A stretch of DNA of 46,506 nucleotides, from NCBI GenBank assembly GCA_964413865.1, contig CAYPUR010000001.1, positions 44,730-91,235 of the forward strand, read 5' to 3'. The number at the start of each line of letters is the position of its first letter. Position 1 is the stretch's first letter. Origin of the DNA: an uncultured Verrucomicrobiota bacterium. Lineage in GTDB: Bacteria > Verrucomicrobiota > Verrucomicrobiia > Limisphaerales > J093. Positions 22,786 to 30,894 of the stretch are shown piece by piece. The position numbers were made by a program, and so were the translations under genes. Below the pieces are notes generated by a model. It searched no databases. It saw only the letters and a list, made by a program, of their open reading frames with translations, and was not told where the DNA came from.

Positions 22786-24141
22786 TCATGCCGTCAGGTA
22801 GTCGCTTGGGAACTTCCACGGCGCGCGGTATTCCGGAATCGCCCGACGGGCCGCTTCGTCGTCCCCGACGATGCGCTCGGTTTCTGGATCGAAGCGGATC
22901 GAGCGTCCCAATTGCAGGGAGAGCAGGCTGAGCACAATCGGCACATCCACCTTGCCGTGGTGGAACACGCTGCAACTGGGCTGCTGACGCGACTTGATGG
23001 AGTCGAGCCACTCGCGCTCCTGGCCGGGGGAAGGAGGGATGGACATTGGCGGAACGGGCTTGCCCTTCAGGGCTTCACCCTCGGGCACCAGTGTCGAGGC
23101 GCCAAGGTAATCGGCGTAGAACGTGCCGTTGGCTCCGTGGAAGTAGACGCCCAGGCGCGTCCGCGGCTTCGGGTCGCCTTGCAGATCAAAACCATAGCTG
23201 TTGGTGAGCGACATCATCCAGGTGAGCGTGAGGTTGGGGTAGCGCCAAAGCACCTCGTGATGATCGTAAGCGTCACCGTCGTCGCGCACCACGAAACGGC
23301 CGCCGGAGGCGCTGGTCACGAGCGGGTATCCCAAATCCAGCGCCGTGATCGGAAGGTCGAGCATGTGCGGCCCGTTGCCGGGAGTCCAACCGCCGCTGAA
23401 ATCCATCCAGGAACAGTGGTGATACGCATCCATGGCCAGCAGCCGGTTGTAAGGCACAAGCGGCCCGGGTCCGCACCACAGGTCCCAGTCCATCCCTTCC
23501 GGAACGCTCTGCTGGCCCCCGGACCCGATCCCGCGGGGTGTCTGGTTCATCACGTTGAACGCGCGCGCCACGCCGATCGGTCCGAGGTTCCCGGACCGGA
23601 CGTATTCAATGACACGGTGATGCTCTTCCCGTGCGTGGTGTTGCGTGCCCACCTGGCTGATGCGCGCGTGTTTCCTGACGGCGTTGCGCACCGCCAGGCT
23701 CTCGGCCAGGTGCAATGTCATCGGCTTCTGAATGTAGATGTCCTTGCCCGCCTCGCAGGCGGCGATGGCCTGGAGCGCATGCCAGTGCGGGAGCGTGCCG
23801 ATGATCACCGCATCGAGATCCTTCCGTTCGAGCATCTCGCGGTAGTCCCGGTGCCCCCGGCAACCCTTGAACCGATCGACAATCGGTTCGAGTCGGTTCT
23901 CGTCCACATCACAAACCGCGGTCACCACCACGTCCGGATGCACGGCGCAGTTGGCCAGATTCACACGCCCCATGTTGCCGCAGCCGATCAGACCAACGTG
24001 GATCCGGCTGTTTGGACGGGGACTGGCCGAGGGCGTCGGATCGGCCGCCGAGGCCAAGTGCGGCGCGGCAAAGCCGATCGCGGTGATGGTGGCGGCCTTC
24101 TGGATAAAGGCGCGGCGCGGAACGGAGGGGGCGGTGTTCAT
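22786..24141 (-). CDS. Gfo/Idh/MocA-family oxidoreductase with twin-arginine signal
   Basis: TAT motif PRRAFIQKAA. Rossmann motif VGLIGCGNMG. Also DAVIIGTLPHWHA and KDIYIQKPM. Confidence 0.88.
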   Translation of the reverse strand: MNTAPSVPRRAFIQKAATITAIGFAAPHLASAADPTPSASPRPNSRIHVGLIGCGNMGRVNLANCAVHPDVVVTAVCDVDENRLEPIVDRFKGCRGHRDYREMLERKDLDAVIIGTLPHWHALQAIAACEAGKDIYIQKPMTLHLAESLAVRNAVRKHARISQVGTQHHAREEHHRVIEYVRSGNLGPIGVARAFNVMNQTPRGIGSGGQQSVPEGMDWDLWCGPGPLVPYNRLLAMDAYHHCSWMDFSGGWTPGNGPHMLDLPITALDLGYPLVTSASGGRFVVRDDGDAYDHHEVLWRYPNLTLTWMMSLTNSYGFDLQGDPKPRTRLGVYFHGANGTFYADYLGASTLVPEGEALKGKPVPPMSIPPSPGQEREWLDSIKSRQQPSCSVFHHGKVDVPIVLSLLSLQLGRSIRFDPETERIVGDDEAARRAIPEYRAPWKFPSDYLTA

Positions 24142-24181
24142 AGCAGGGTGTTTGGCTCATGCATGCTCGAGTTCATCAGAC

Positions 24182-24412
24182 ATGGCGCTTGGGCGCCGCA
24201 TCGGCCGGCAGTCTCGCGTTCGGCTGTTCTCACCGCAAGCCATCACGATCACGAAGCGGGGACTGCCCTTTGCCACCCTCGTCCCGGCACGGCGGAGAAA
24301 GGTGCCGCTCCCGCCGATCGACCGGCTGGCCCGGCTCCGCCGGATGTTCCCTGGCGGTCCGGCCAAGGGTGACGTGCAATCCGTGACGGACTACGACCGG
24401 GAGAATACATGA
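24182..24412 (+). CDS. Putative Phd/YefM-like antitoxin
   Basis: Carries the motif ITITKRGLPFATLVP. Its stop overlaps the downstream PIN-gene ATG (ATGA at 24409-24412). The start is uncertain (ATG 24182; in-frame TTG/GTG further upstream). Confidence 0.5.
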   Translation: MALGRRIGRQSRVRLFSPQAITITKRGLPFATLVPARRRKVPLPPIDRLARLRRMFPGGPAKGDVQSVTDYDRENT

Positions 24413-24743
24413 TCGCCGAGACCTACATTGACACCGGGATCATGGTCAAGAGCTATGTGCTCGAGGCCAGCAGTTCTCATTTTGCGTGCAGGGGCCTGAC
24501 GCCGGGTGAGGGCACCCGGCCTACAGCATCGAAGAATGCAGCGGTTGTAGGCCGGGTCCCCCGACCCGGCGCCCTGAGCGCTCTCAAAACGAGAACCGCT
24601 GGCTCGAGGCCGATTCTCCAGCGGCTCTGGAAGCCGGTTGCACCGCGTTGGCCTCTTTCGATGACCTGCAACGCAAGCTCGCCGCCCTGACCGGCCTGAA
24701 ACTCATTCCGGCGACGCACGTCGCACACACCGGGGTTCGCTGA
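24409..24743 (+). pseudogene. Disrupted PIN-domain (VapC-like) toxin gene
   Basis: The N-terminus MIAETYIDTGIMVKSYVLEASSS (frame of 24409) is interrupted by a palindromic element. The PIN-like C-terminus ALEAGCTALASFDDLQRKLAALTGLKLIP resumes in another frame (24591-24743). The total PIN-coding length is too short, so there is a deletion as well as an insertion. Confidence 0.6.
24498..24573. repeat. 76-bp palindromic (REP/MITE-like) element inside the vapC pseudogene
   Basis: The left arm GACGCCGGGTGAGGGCACCCGGCCTACA (24498-24525) pairs with the right arm TGTAGGCCGGGTCCCCCGACCCGGCGCC (24546-24573). The arms are reverse complements with a few mismatches, and each arm contains its own small CCGGGT...ACCCGG hairpin. 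Confidence 0.65.
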
Positions 24744-25048
24744 TCCGCTCCAGGACCAGGCAGCCCAGTGAAGTCGGAAATCATGCCACGGGCCGACAAC
24801 CATGAGCTTGGTTGACGATGCTTCCTGGTGCCAAAGAGCGCACGCCCGGTCGGCACCGATCCGCTCACTGGCGTCCGCCAGGAATGGCTGGTGGACTGCA
24901 CGGGACCGGCGATTTGGGCCGGGCCAAGACCGACTCGACCGCCGCGACGGCCTGAGCAGCTTCTACCCTCAGGAGAAGGCGCTCGCCACGCCACAATCCG
25001 TGTAACGCCGCTCCGGCAAGAGGTGAATCCCTTTCCCAGGACCCTGGG

Positions 25049-28000
25049 TTACTCGCAGGTGATCGCGACCAAAAAAGGCGCGGCGGCCGCCATGCGCGAC
25101 ACCAAATCCACGCGGGAGATTTCCACCTCCGGCCAGGGGTTGGACCACCACGTGACGAACAGCCGCAATTCCTCGTCCGCCGGATTCGGCTCGTTCTTGT
25201 ACTCCCAACCGAGCCGGTCGATTGTTGCCGGGTCATCCTTGACCCGCCAGGCGCGCACTTCTTCGCCATAGCGAATCGGAATCTCGCACCGTCGGCCGTC
25301 GCCGAAATGCATCACGTAGCAGCCGAGAATTGTCCCATCGGGAGCGACTCCGCTCGCGGCATGAACGAAGCAGAGCCGGCTTGCCCGTCGCCGGACGGGG
25401 ATGCCTTCGACGCACCGCGGGAAACCGGGGGCATCCCGATCGAGAGTCGGACTGGCCAATTGGACGAGGCCACGCATATCACACCACACGCCTCCAACGC
25501 CCTCGTCCTGCCACCCCACACCGCGGCTTCTCTGCCCAATCCGCGTCGCCGGCAAGTACGTCGCCTGCAGGCTCCGATTGCCGTTCGCTTGGTGACTGTA
25601 CCAAGCCTCGTCCAAGGCGGCGTTGTAGAAGGCCGACAGGTCAAGGGCCCCGGCTTCGAGCGCTGGGTCTCGCGGCGGTATGTTCCATTCCGAACGGTAG
25701 TCAGCCACCGCCTCCGCGCAGCGTCGGAGACGCCTGAGCAACGCCGCCCGATGCAGGAGCATCGTCCGCCGCAGCGAGTCGGGAGCCTGCCGCGAGGCAG
25801 TTGCACATTCCAACGCCTTGGCGTAGGCCTGCTGCGCCTCCTCTCGCCGCCCGCTCCGGTCGAACAGCACGCCGCGGGCGGCCCAGCCGTTGATTGAATC
25901 CGGCTGTCGGGCGATCACGCGATCCATCGCGGCGACACCCTCCGCGTGTTCCCCGGCATTCGCCCAAACGTCAATGGCCGCCCAGAGCACTACGCGGTCG
26001 TCGGGATTGCGTTCGGCCAACCGCGTGATGTGATGGTGGATCGCTGCCAGGAGCAGTGCGTTGGTGCGCAGTTCGTCCTGGCGACTCATCGCCGCGAGGC
26101 GAGAGAGAGCGACCGAGTTGGTCGGCTGAAGTCTCATCACTTCGAGCAACGGCGCCGGGCTTCGGCCAAACATCTGACGTTCGAGATACTGCAGAACGCT
26201 GGACGGCGCGAAGGGCGCCGCCGGTCGGTCCAATCCACTGGCCAAATACCAACGCCCCCAGAGCCCATAGAAATCGTCCGCTGAACTCACTTCGATCCCA
26301 GCGCGAAGCTTCCGCAATGGATCCAAGCCAGAGGCACGAGACGCTTGGATCGTGTCCATTCGATCGGCTGCGAGGAGCAGGGCGAGTTCAGGCAACCACG
26401 CTGGCACTGGGTCGGGCGGCCGCGGCGCCTCCCACCAGGTCGTTGTGCCGTCCCGTGCTCCCGTCACGACCCTTCGCCCGTTCGGACTGAAACGCGCGCA
26501 GAGCACTGCCGCTTGATGCGTCATCGGTTCACTCAGTGGACGGCCGGTCATCGCATCCCAAAGGCGAGCTCCTTCCTGGCCGGGCGTCGCCACCGTCAGC
26601 ACCCGCCCGCCATCGGGACTGAATTCCGCGGCCACAAATCGACCATAGAGCGCCAGGGGGCCTCTGAACGAACCGTCGTCGCCCGCCTCCCACAGGGACG
26701 CGCTGCCGCCCTCGGTCAATGTCAGTACTCTCGATCCGTCCGAGTTGAAGGACGCCCGCAGAACGCGTCGTTCATGCCACAACAGGTTGCCGATTGTCCG
26801 TCCGGTTTCGGCCTCCCAGATGCGTGCCGTCGCATCGGCGGAGGCAGTGACCACACGTTGTCCGTTGGGACTGAACTCGGCCTCATTCACGGCCTCCTCG
26901 TGCCCACGCAACTCATGCAGGCACGGCCCCTCCGGCACAGACCAGATGCGCGCCATGCCGTCCATCGAGGCCGTGACCAACTTGCGCCCGTCCGGACTGA
27001 ACCGTGCGGAGCGCACCTCACCCTCGTGGAGCAGCGGAGGACCGACGCGCGCCCCGCTGGCGACCTCCCAGATCTGCGCAACGCAGTTGGTGCCGCCCGT
27101 GACGACCCAGGTACTATCCGGGCTGAACTCCGCCGCCTGAATGCGGTCCGCAAGCAAACGAGGTTCTCCGCGCAGCTTTCCTGAGTCGATGTCCCAAACC
27201 CGCAAGACGCCATCGCCCGAAACGGCCAACGCCCACCGACCGTCCCGGCTCAAGCGAAAGAGCCGCGTGTCTCGCGGCACTCCGGCTGACAAAAAAACTG
27301 CAGCACTTTCCTCAGCGTGTTTGACTTCGAGCCAGTTGGTGGCCACGCCCTCGAAAGGCCCAAGACCAACCAACAGGCGCGCGCCATCGGCACTTTGGAG
27401 GAGGTCGGTGATGACGAACCCATAGCTAACCCGCCGGCGCGATGCCCGGTTCGGTCTCACATCCCAAAGGCCCGCACTCGAATCTTCCGAGGACGTCACC
27501 ACGCGCTCGCCGTCCGCGCTGAACTCCGCCCAAGTCAGCCGCCGCCCATGCGCGAAGGGTTCCGTCCAAGGTTGCCCGCTGAAGGCATCCCAAACCCGTG
27601 CGGTCCGGTCTTCGGCGCTCGTCACCACACGCAGCCCGTCCGGACTGAACCGTGCGGAGCGGAGCCGGTCGCCGTGCCTCAGCCAACCCGTCACCGCCTG
27701 GCCGTCCCGCGCATCCCAGATCCGGGCCGTCCCGTCTTCGGACGCAGTGACCACGCGCAGTCCGTCGGGACTGAAGCTCGACATCACCACCGGCCCTTGG
27801 TGAACGAGAGCCACGTACTTGCGGCCTTTGCCCGTCGCAGGGACGAGCTCCGCAAGTCGCTGTTCACCCGCATCAGTGTCTTGTGGAACTGGGCACTCCG
27901 AAACCGAGGCGCTCGTCGAGGCTGTGCGGGTCTCCCAGATCCGCGAGGAGCCATCGCGTCCGGCAGTCACGACGCGCAGGCCATTGGGGCTCAAGTCGGC

Positions 28001-29476
28001 CCAAGCTACCCCAGCTTCATGCGCGAACGCACCGCCAACAGGTTGCCCCGTTTCCGTATCCCACACGCGCGCGGTCCCATCGTCGGACGCGGTCACGACC
28101 TGACGCCCATCACGGCTGAACTGAGCGACGTTGACCCGGCCCGCGTGGCGCAAGGTGTTGCCTATTGGTTCGCCGCTGCGCGCGTCCCAGATGCGTGCCG
28201 TCGCATCGGCGGAGGCAGTGACCACCCGCTGTCCGTCGGGACTGAAACTCGCCATGACGATCGGCCCTTGATGAGAAAGGACCACCTGCCGGCGAGCTCG
28301 TTCCATCGACGGGACGCGCGCTGCGACTCCCTGTTCGCTCGAATCAGGGCCTCCTGGAACTTGGCCCTCCGAAAGCGAGCCGCGCCCCGAAGCTCCGGCC
28401 TGAACCTCGGCAGGACCCACGTCCCAAACTTGCGCTGTGCCGTCGTCCGAAGCCGTCACGACCAGACCGCCGTCGGGGCTGAAGTCGGCCCAGCGAACCG
28501 GCCCGCGGTGGCGGAGAGGCCGCGTCACAGGCTGGCCAGTCCGCGCGTCCCAAACGCGCGCTGTCCCATCCCTGGAGGCCGTCACCACCCGCTCTCCGTC
28601 CCGACTCCACCGGGCGATCTCGACATTCCCCTCGTGACGCAACGACGGCGTCAGGGGCCGAGCGAACGTTCGATCCGTGAGCGCGGAGAGCAATCGCTCG
28701 GCCGCGACGTGATTGGAGGGGTCCCGTTGGAGCGACTGCGCCAGATACGCCACCGCCTCCCGCGCGCGGTCGTTGGCGAACTTCTCCTCGACTCGTTGTG
28801 CTTCGAGGTGGGCTGCCAAAACCAGGCGGTCGCGGTCGAGGGCCGCTTCCCTTTCCTGCGCGGTCTTCTCGATATTCGCCGCCTTGAGATCGGCTCGGAG
28901 TCGGGCGACCCGTTCGCGTTGGACCAGGAGGAAGCCCGTGGCCCCAATGAGGATCAAGCCCAGGCCCACCACTGCTCCCCGACGAAACCGCCGGAAGTGC
29001 CGCTCGATCGCCCGCGAGCGCCGCAGCGATTCCCCCGCCTGCACCAACAGCAGTTCGGCCCTCAAAGCCGCCATGCTCGCGTAACGACGGGCGGGATCCG
29101 GTTCGCAGGCCCTGAGGATGACCTCGTTGATTTCCTGAAGCAGCGCCCGATCAGGCGAATCCGCCAGACTCGTCACGGGCGCCGGGTACTTCCCACGGTC
29201 ATGACCGGTCGCAATCTCGTACAACAGCTTTCCGAGGCTGACGATGTCCGCCTGCGGCGTACCCGGACCTTCCGGTGCCACAAATCCCTCGGTGCCGACC
29301 ATCGTCCTGGCTTCACCCAGGCTCGCCACGAGGCCGATGTCGGCCAGTTTGGGACGTCCGCCGACGAAGATGACGTTCGACGGTTTGATGTCCCGGTGGA
29401 CAAGCTGGTTCCGGTGCAGATGCTCGACCGCATCCGCCAAGGTGATTCCGATTTGGATGCATTCGTCCACCGGCAA
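25049..29476 (-). CDS. Giant Ser/Thr-kinase (C-lobe only) - TM - coiled coil - multi-WD40 - TPR - unknown C-terminal domain protein; N-lobe missing
   Basis: The frame opens with TTG at 29476, and an in-frame stop lies at 29513-29515. The sequence begins in kinase subdomain V/VI: HRDIKPSN, LADIGLV (DFG-like), FVAPE. No GxGxxG or VAIK motif is present. A TM helix (AVVGLGLILIGATGFLLV) is followed by more than 14 WD40 units (VVTAS.DGTARVWD...), TPR-like helices, and a C-terminal domain LDLSAFYNAAL...CDMRGLVQL...YVMHFGDGRRCEIPIRYGEEV. Confidence 0.8.
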   Translation of the reverse strand: MPVDECIQIGITLADAVEHLHRNQLVHRDIKPSNVIFVGGRPKLADIGLVASLGEARTMVGTEGFVAPEGPGTPQADIVSLGKLLYEIATGHDRGKYPAPVTSLADSPDRALLQEINEVILRACEPDPARRYASMAALRAELLLVQAGESLRRSRAIERHFRRFRRGAVVGLGLILIGATGFLLVQRERVARLRADLKAANIEKTAQEREAALDRDRLVLAAHLEAQRVEEKFANDRAREAVAYLAQSLQRDPSNHVAAERLLSALTDRTFARPLTPSLRHEGNVEIARWSRDGERVVTASRDGTARVWDARTGQPVTRPLRHRGPVRWADFSPDGGLVVTASDDGTAQVWDVGPAEVQAGASGRGSLSEGQVPGGPDSSEQGVAARVPSMERARRQVVLSHQGPIVMASFSPDGQRVVTASADATARIWDARSGEPIGNTLRHAGRVNVAQFSRDGRQVVTASDDGTARVWDTETGQPVGGAFAHEAGVAWADLSPNGLRVVTAGRDGSSRIWETRTASTSASVSECPVPQDTDAGEQRLAELVPATGKGRKYVALVHQGPVVMSSFSPDGLRVVTASEDGTARIWDARDGQAVTGWLRHGDRLRSARFSPDGLRVVTSAEDRTARVWDAFSGQPWTEPFAHGRRLTWAEFSADGERVVTSSEDSSAGLWDVRPNRASRRRVSYGFVITDLLQSADGARLLVGLGPFEGVATNWLEVKHAEESAAVFLSAGVPRDTRLFRLSRDGRWALAVSGDGVLRVWDIDSGKLRGEPRLLADRIQAAEFSPDSTWVVTGGTNCVAQIWEVASGARVGPPLLHEGEVRSARFSPDGRKLVTASMDGMARIWSVPEGPCLHELRGHEEAVNEAEFSPNGQRVVTASADATARIWEAETGRTIGNLLWHERRVLRASFNSDGSRVLTLTEGGSASLWEAGDDGSFRGPLALYGRFVAAEFSPDGGRVLTVATPGQEGARLWDAMTGRPLSEPMTHQAAVLCARFSPNGRRVVTGARDGTTTWWEAPRPPDPVPAWLPELALLLAADRMDTIQASRASGLDPLRKLRAGIEVSSADDFYGLWGRWYLASGLDRPAAPFAPSSVLQYLERQMFGRSPAPLLEVMRLQPTNSVALSRLAAMSRQDELRTNALLLAAIHHHITRLAERNPDDRVVLWAAIDVWANAGEHAEGVAAMDRVIARQPDSINGWAARGVLFDRSGRREEAQQAYAKALECATASRQAPDSLRRTMLLHRAALLRRLRRCAEAVADYRSEWNIPPRDPALEAGALDLSAFYNAALDEAWYSHQANGNRSLQATYLPATRIGQRSRGVGWQDEGVGGVWCDMRGLVQLASPTLDRDAPGFPRCVEGIPVRRRASRLCFVHAASGVAPDGTILGCYVMHFGDGRRCEIPIRYGEEVRAWRVKDDPATIDRLGWEYKNEPNPADEELRLFVTWWSNPWPEVEISRVDLVSRMAAAAPFLVAITCE

Positions 29477-29501
29477 GCGGCCACCCAGCTTTCGGAATGG
29501 C

Positions 29502-29948
29502 CTACGGCTGACTCAATGAACATGCTGAGTTCGGCGGTGTCGGGCGGAACTGGTTGCCCAGGATCAGGCGTTCGATGCCATCCTTGAGAGCGGGCACATT
29601 GAAGTTGATGAGCAGGCCCAGCGGCTTCCGTTCGAGCTTCATGTAGGTGAGGAGTTGGGCGCGGTGGATGGGCAGAATCTCCTGCACGGCTTTGACCTCT
29701 ACAATCAGTGCACCCGCAACCACAAAGTCGATGCGGTAGCCGCACTCCAGGACAACTTCCCTGTACCGGACGGGACACGGCTGCTGCCGGTCGAATCTCA
29801 GGCCGGCGGGCCGTAGTTCGTAGGCCAGGCACTCTTCGTATGCCGATTCCAGCAAGCCGGGGCCGAGTTCGCGGTGAACCTGCATGGCAAGACCGATGGT
29901 GAGGTAGCTGAGCTGATTGAGATCTGTCTCGTCGAAATGAAGTTCCAT
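29502..29948 (-). CDS. GxxExxY protein (PD-(D/E)XK-superfamily mini-gene)
   Basis: ATG at 29948 preceded by AAGGAGGAATCT. Motifs GPGLLESAYEECLAYEL, YRIDFVV, IVEVKAV and LLINFNV. Confidence 0.85.
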   Translation of the reverse strand: MELHFDETDLNQLSYLTIGLAMQVHRELGPGLLESAYEECLAYELRPAGLRFDRQQPCPVRYREVVLECGYRIDFVVAGALIVEVKAVQEILPIHRAQLLTYMKLERKPLGLLINFNVPALKDGIERLILGNQFRPTPPNSACSLSQP

Positions 29949-30012
29949 AGATTCCTCCTTGGGATGAGAAGGTGCCTGAGCCCCCCGCGAATTCAAAGGG
30001 TTTTCTCTGTGT

Positions 30013-30229
30013 GCTCTGCGTCTCTGTGGTTGATCCGTGTCGGTGACTGTCACCGTCGGGATTGAACCACAGAGGCACAGAGAGCGCAGAGCAACAGGGG
30101 GTGGCGGGCTGACTCCTTTGCCGGTTCGGGCGGACCCGGTTCACCAGCCCACCGTTTCCCCAGCCGATCCCCAGACCCCCCCCGTCCGCTCTAAACCATG
30201 CCCTCCGCGGGCTCTGCGTCTCTGTGGTT
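30013..30229. repeat. Repeat set upstream of the GxxExxY gene: 19-nt perfect direct repeat plus an inverted copy and a 7-bp palindrome
   Basis: GCTCTGCGTCTCTGTGGTT occurs at 30013-30031 and 30211-30229. The inverted, expanded copy AACCACAGAGGCACAGAGAGCGCAGAGC is at 30065-30092. The palindrome CGGTGAC-T-GTCACCG is at 30041-30055. Confidence 0.8.
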
Positions 30230-30252
30230 AATTCCAGCCGGGGCATCACCGA

Positions 30253-30894
30253 TTACAGCAACCTTCCCTCCAACCGCTTCACGATGCGCCTGAACACCGG
30301 CAACAGACGGCACTTGATCAGGTACACTTGCCCCACATTTGTCCCGAGAGCCTTGGCCACTTGGCAGGCAGACTGGCGCTTGATCACATGCAGGTAGAAA
30401 GCCTGGAAATGCCGGGCCTTGGCGACCTGCTTCAGTTGGCCCAAGGCGATCTCCAGAGCGTTCTCCTGCCACTCGGCCTCCCAAGCCTCCTCCAAGGCGT
30501 TTGGCGTTGCATCCGCAATCTTCTCGATCGGGGCTGTCCCCGTGCTACGGCTGCCGGCGTCGGCACGGGGAAACGACGCGATGGCGGCGGCGGCGTAGCG
30601 CGGGCGCTTGTTGAACTGGTTGATAATGCGCCACTGGGCAACCCGGAACAGCCAGTTTTTGAACGAGCCGGCGGCGGGGTCGGCCTTGAAAGCCGGCAGG
30701 CTCTTGAACACCGAAACCAAGGTATCCTGGACCGCCTCGTCGGCTTCCTCGCGCGAGAGGCCGGACTTGAGGGCCAGGCTGCGGAGCAACGGGCCGTAAG
30801 CCGCGTTGAACTCCTGCCACGCCTGTTCGTCCCCGCCCGCCTTGAGCCGCCGGACCAGGCTCCAACGCGTGCGCGTGTGCTCGCTAGCCCGCAT
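30253..30894 (-). CDS. ECF-type RNA polymerase sigma-70 family factor
   Basis: 213 aa. Region 2-like FNAAYGPLLRSLALKSGLSREEADEAVQDTLVSVFKSL. Region 4 HTH is ARHFQAFYLHVIKRQSACQVAKALGTNVGQVYLIKCRL. The start ATG (30892-30894) is embedded in the head-hairpin arm of repeat copy B. Confidence 0.88.
   Translation of the reverse strand: MRASEHTRTRWSLVRRLKAGGDEQAWQEFNAAYGPLLRSLALKSGLSREEADEAVQDTLVSVFKSLPAFKADPAAGSFKNWLFRVAQWRIINQFNKRPRYAAAAIASFPRADAGSRSTGTAPIEKIADATPNALEEAWEAEWQENALEIALGQLKQVAKARHFQAFYLHVIKRQSACQVAKALGTNVGQVYLIKCRLLPVFRRIVKRLEGRLL

Noticed and set aside
20846-24372. Plus-strand ORFs 20846..22801 (651 aa) and 22912..24372 (486 aa).
   Set aside because: They are antisense to the alpha-galactosidase-like and Gfo/Idh/MocA genes, which carry signal peptides and family motifs. 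No motifs appear in the shadow frames.
24744-25048. The 305-bp gap between the vapC pseudogene and the end of the kinase gene, which I scanned for tRNA, ncRNA or repeat-family copies.
   Set aside because: I could see no cloverleaf-like arms, no similarity to the repeat family, and no convincing hairpin-plus-T-tract terminator.
27317-29587. A 756-aa plus-strand ORF inside the kinase-WD40 gene. Analogous long shadows occur at 32425..33561, 33338..34549, 33753..34673, 36625..38208, 39155..40159, 40264..41106 and 44927..46381.
   Set aside because: These are antisense or off-frame shadows of well-supported genes (the Dus-family gene, Sua5, rsmB, the Gre factor, the AGE epimerase, and the zinc-ribbon/SPFH genes).
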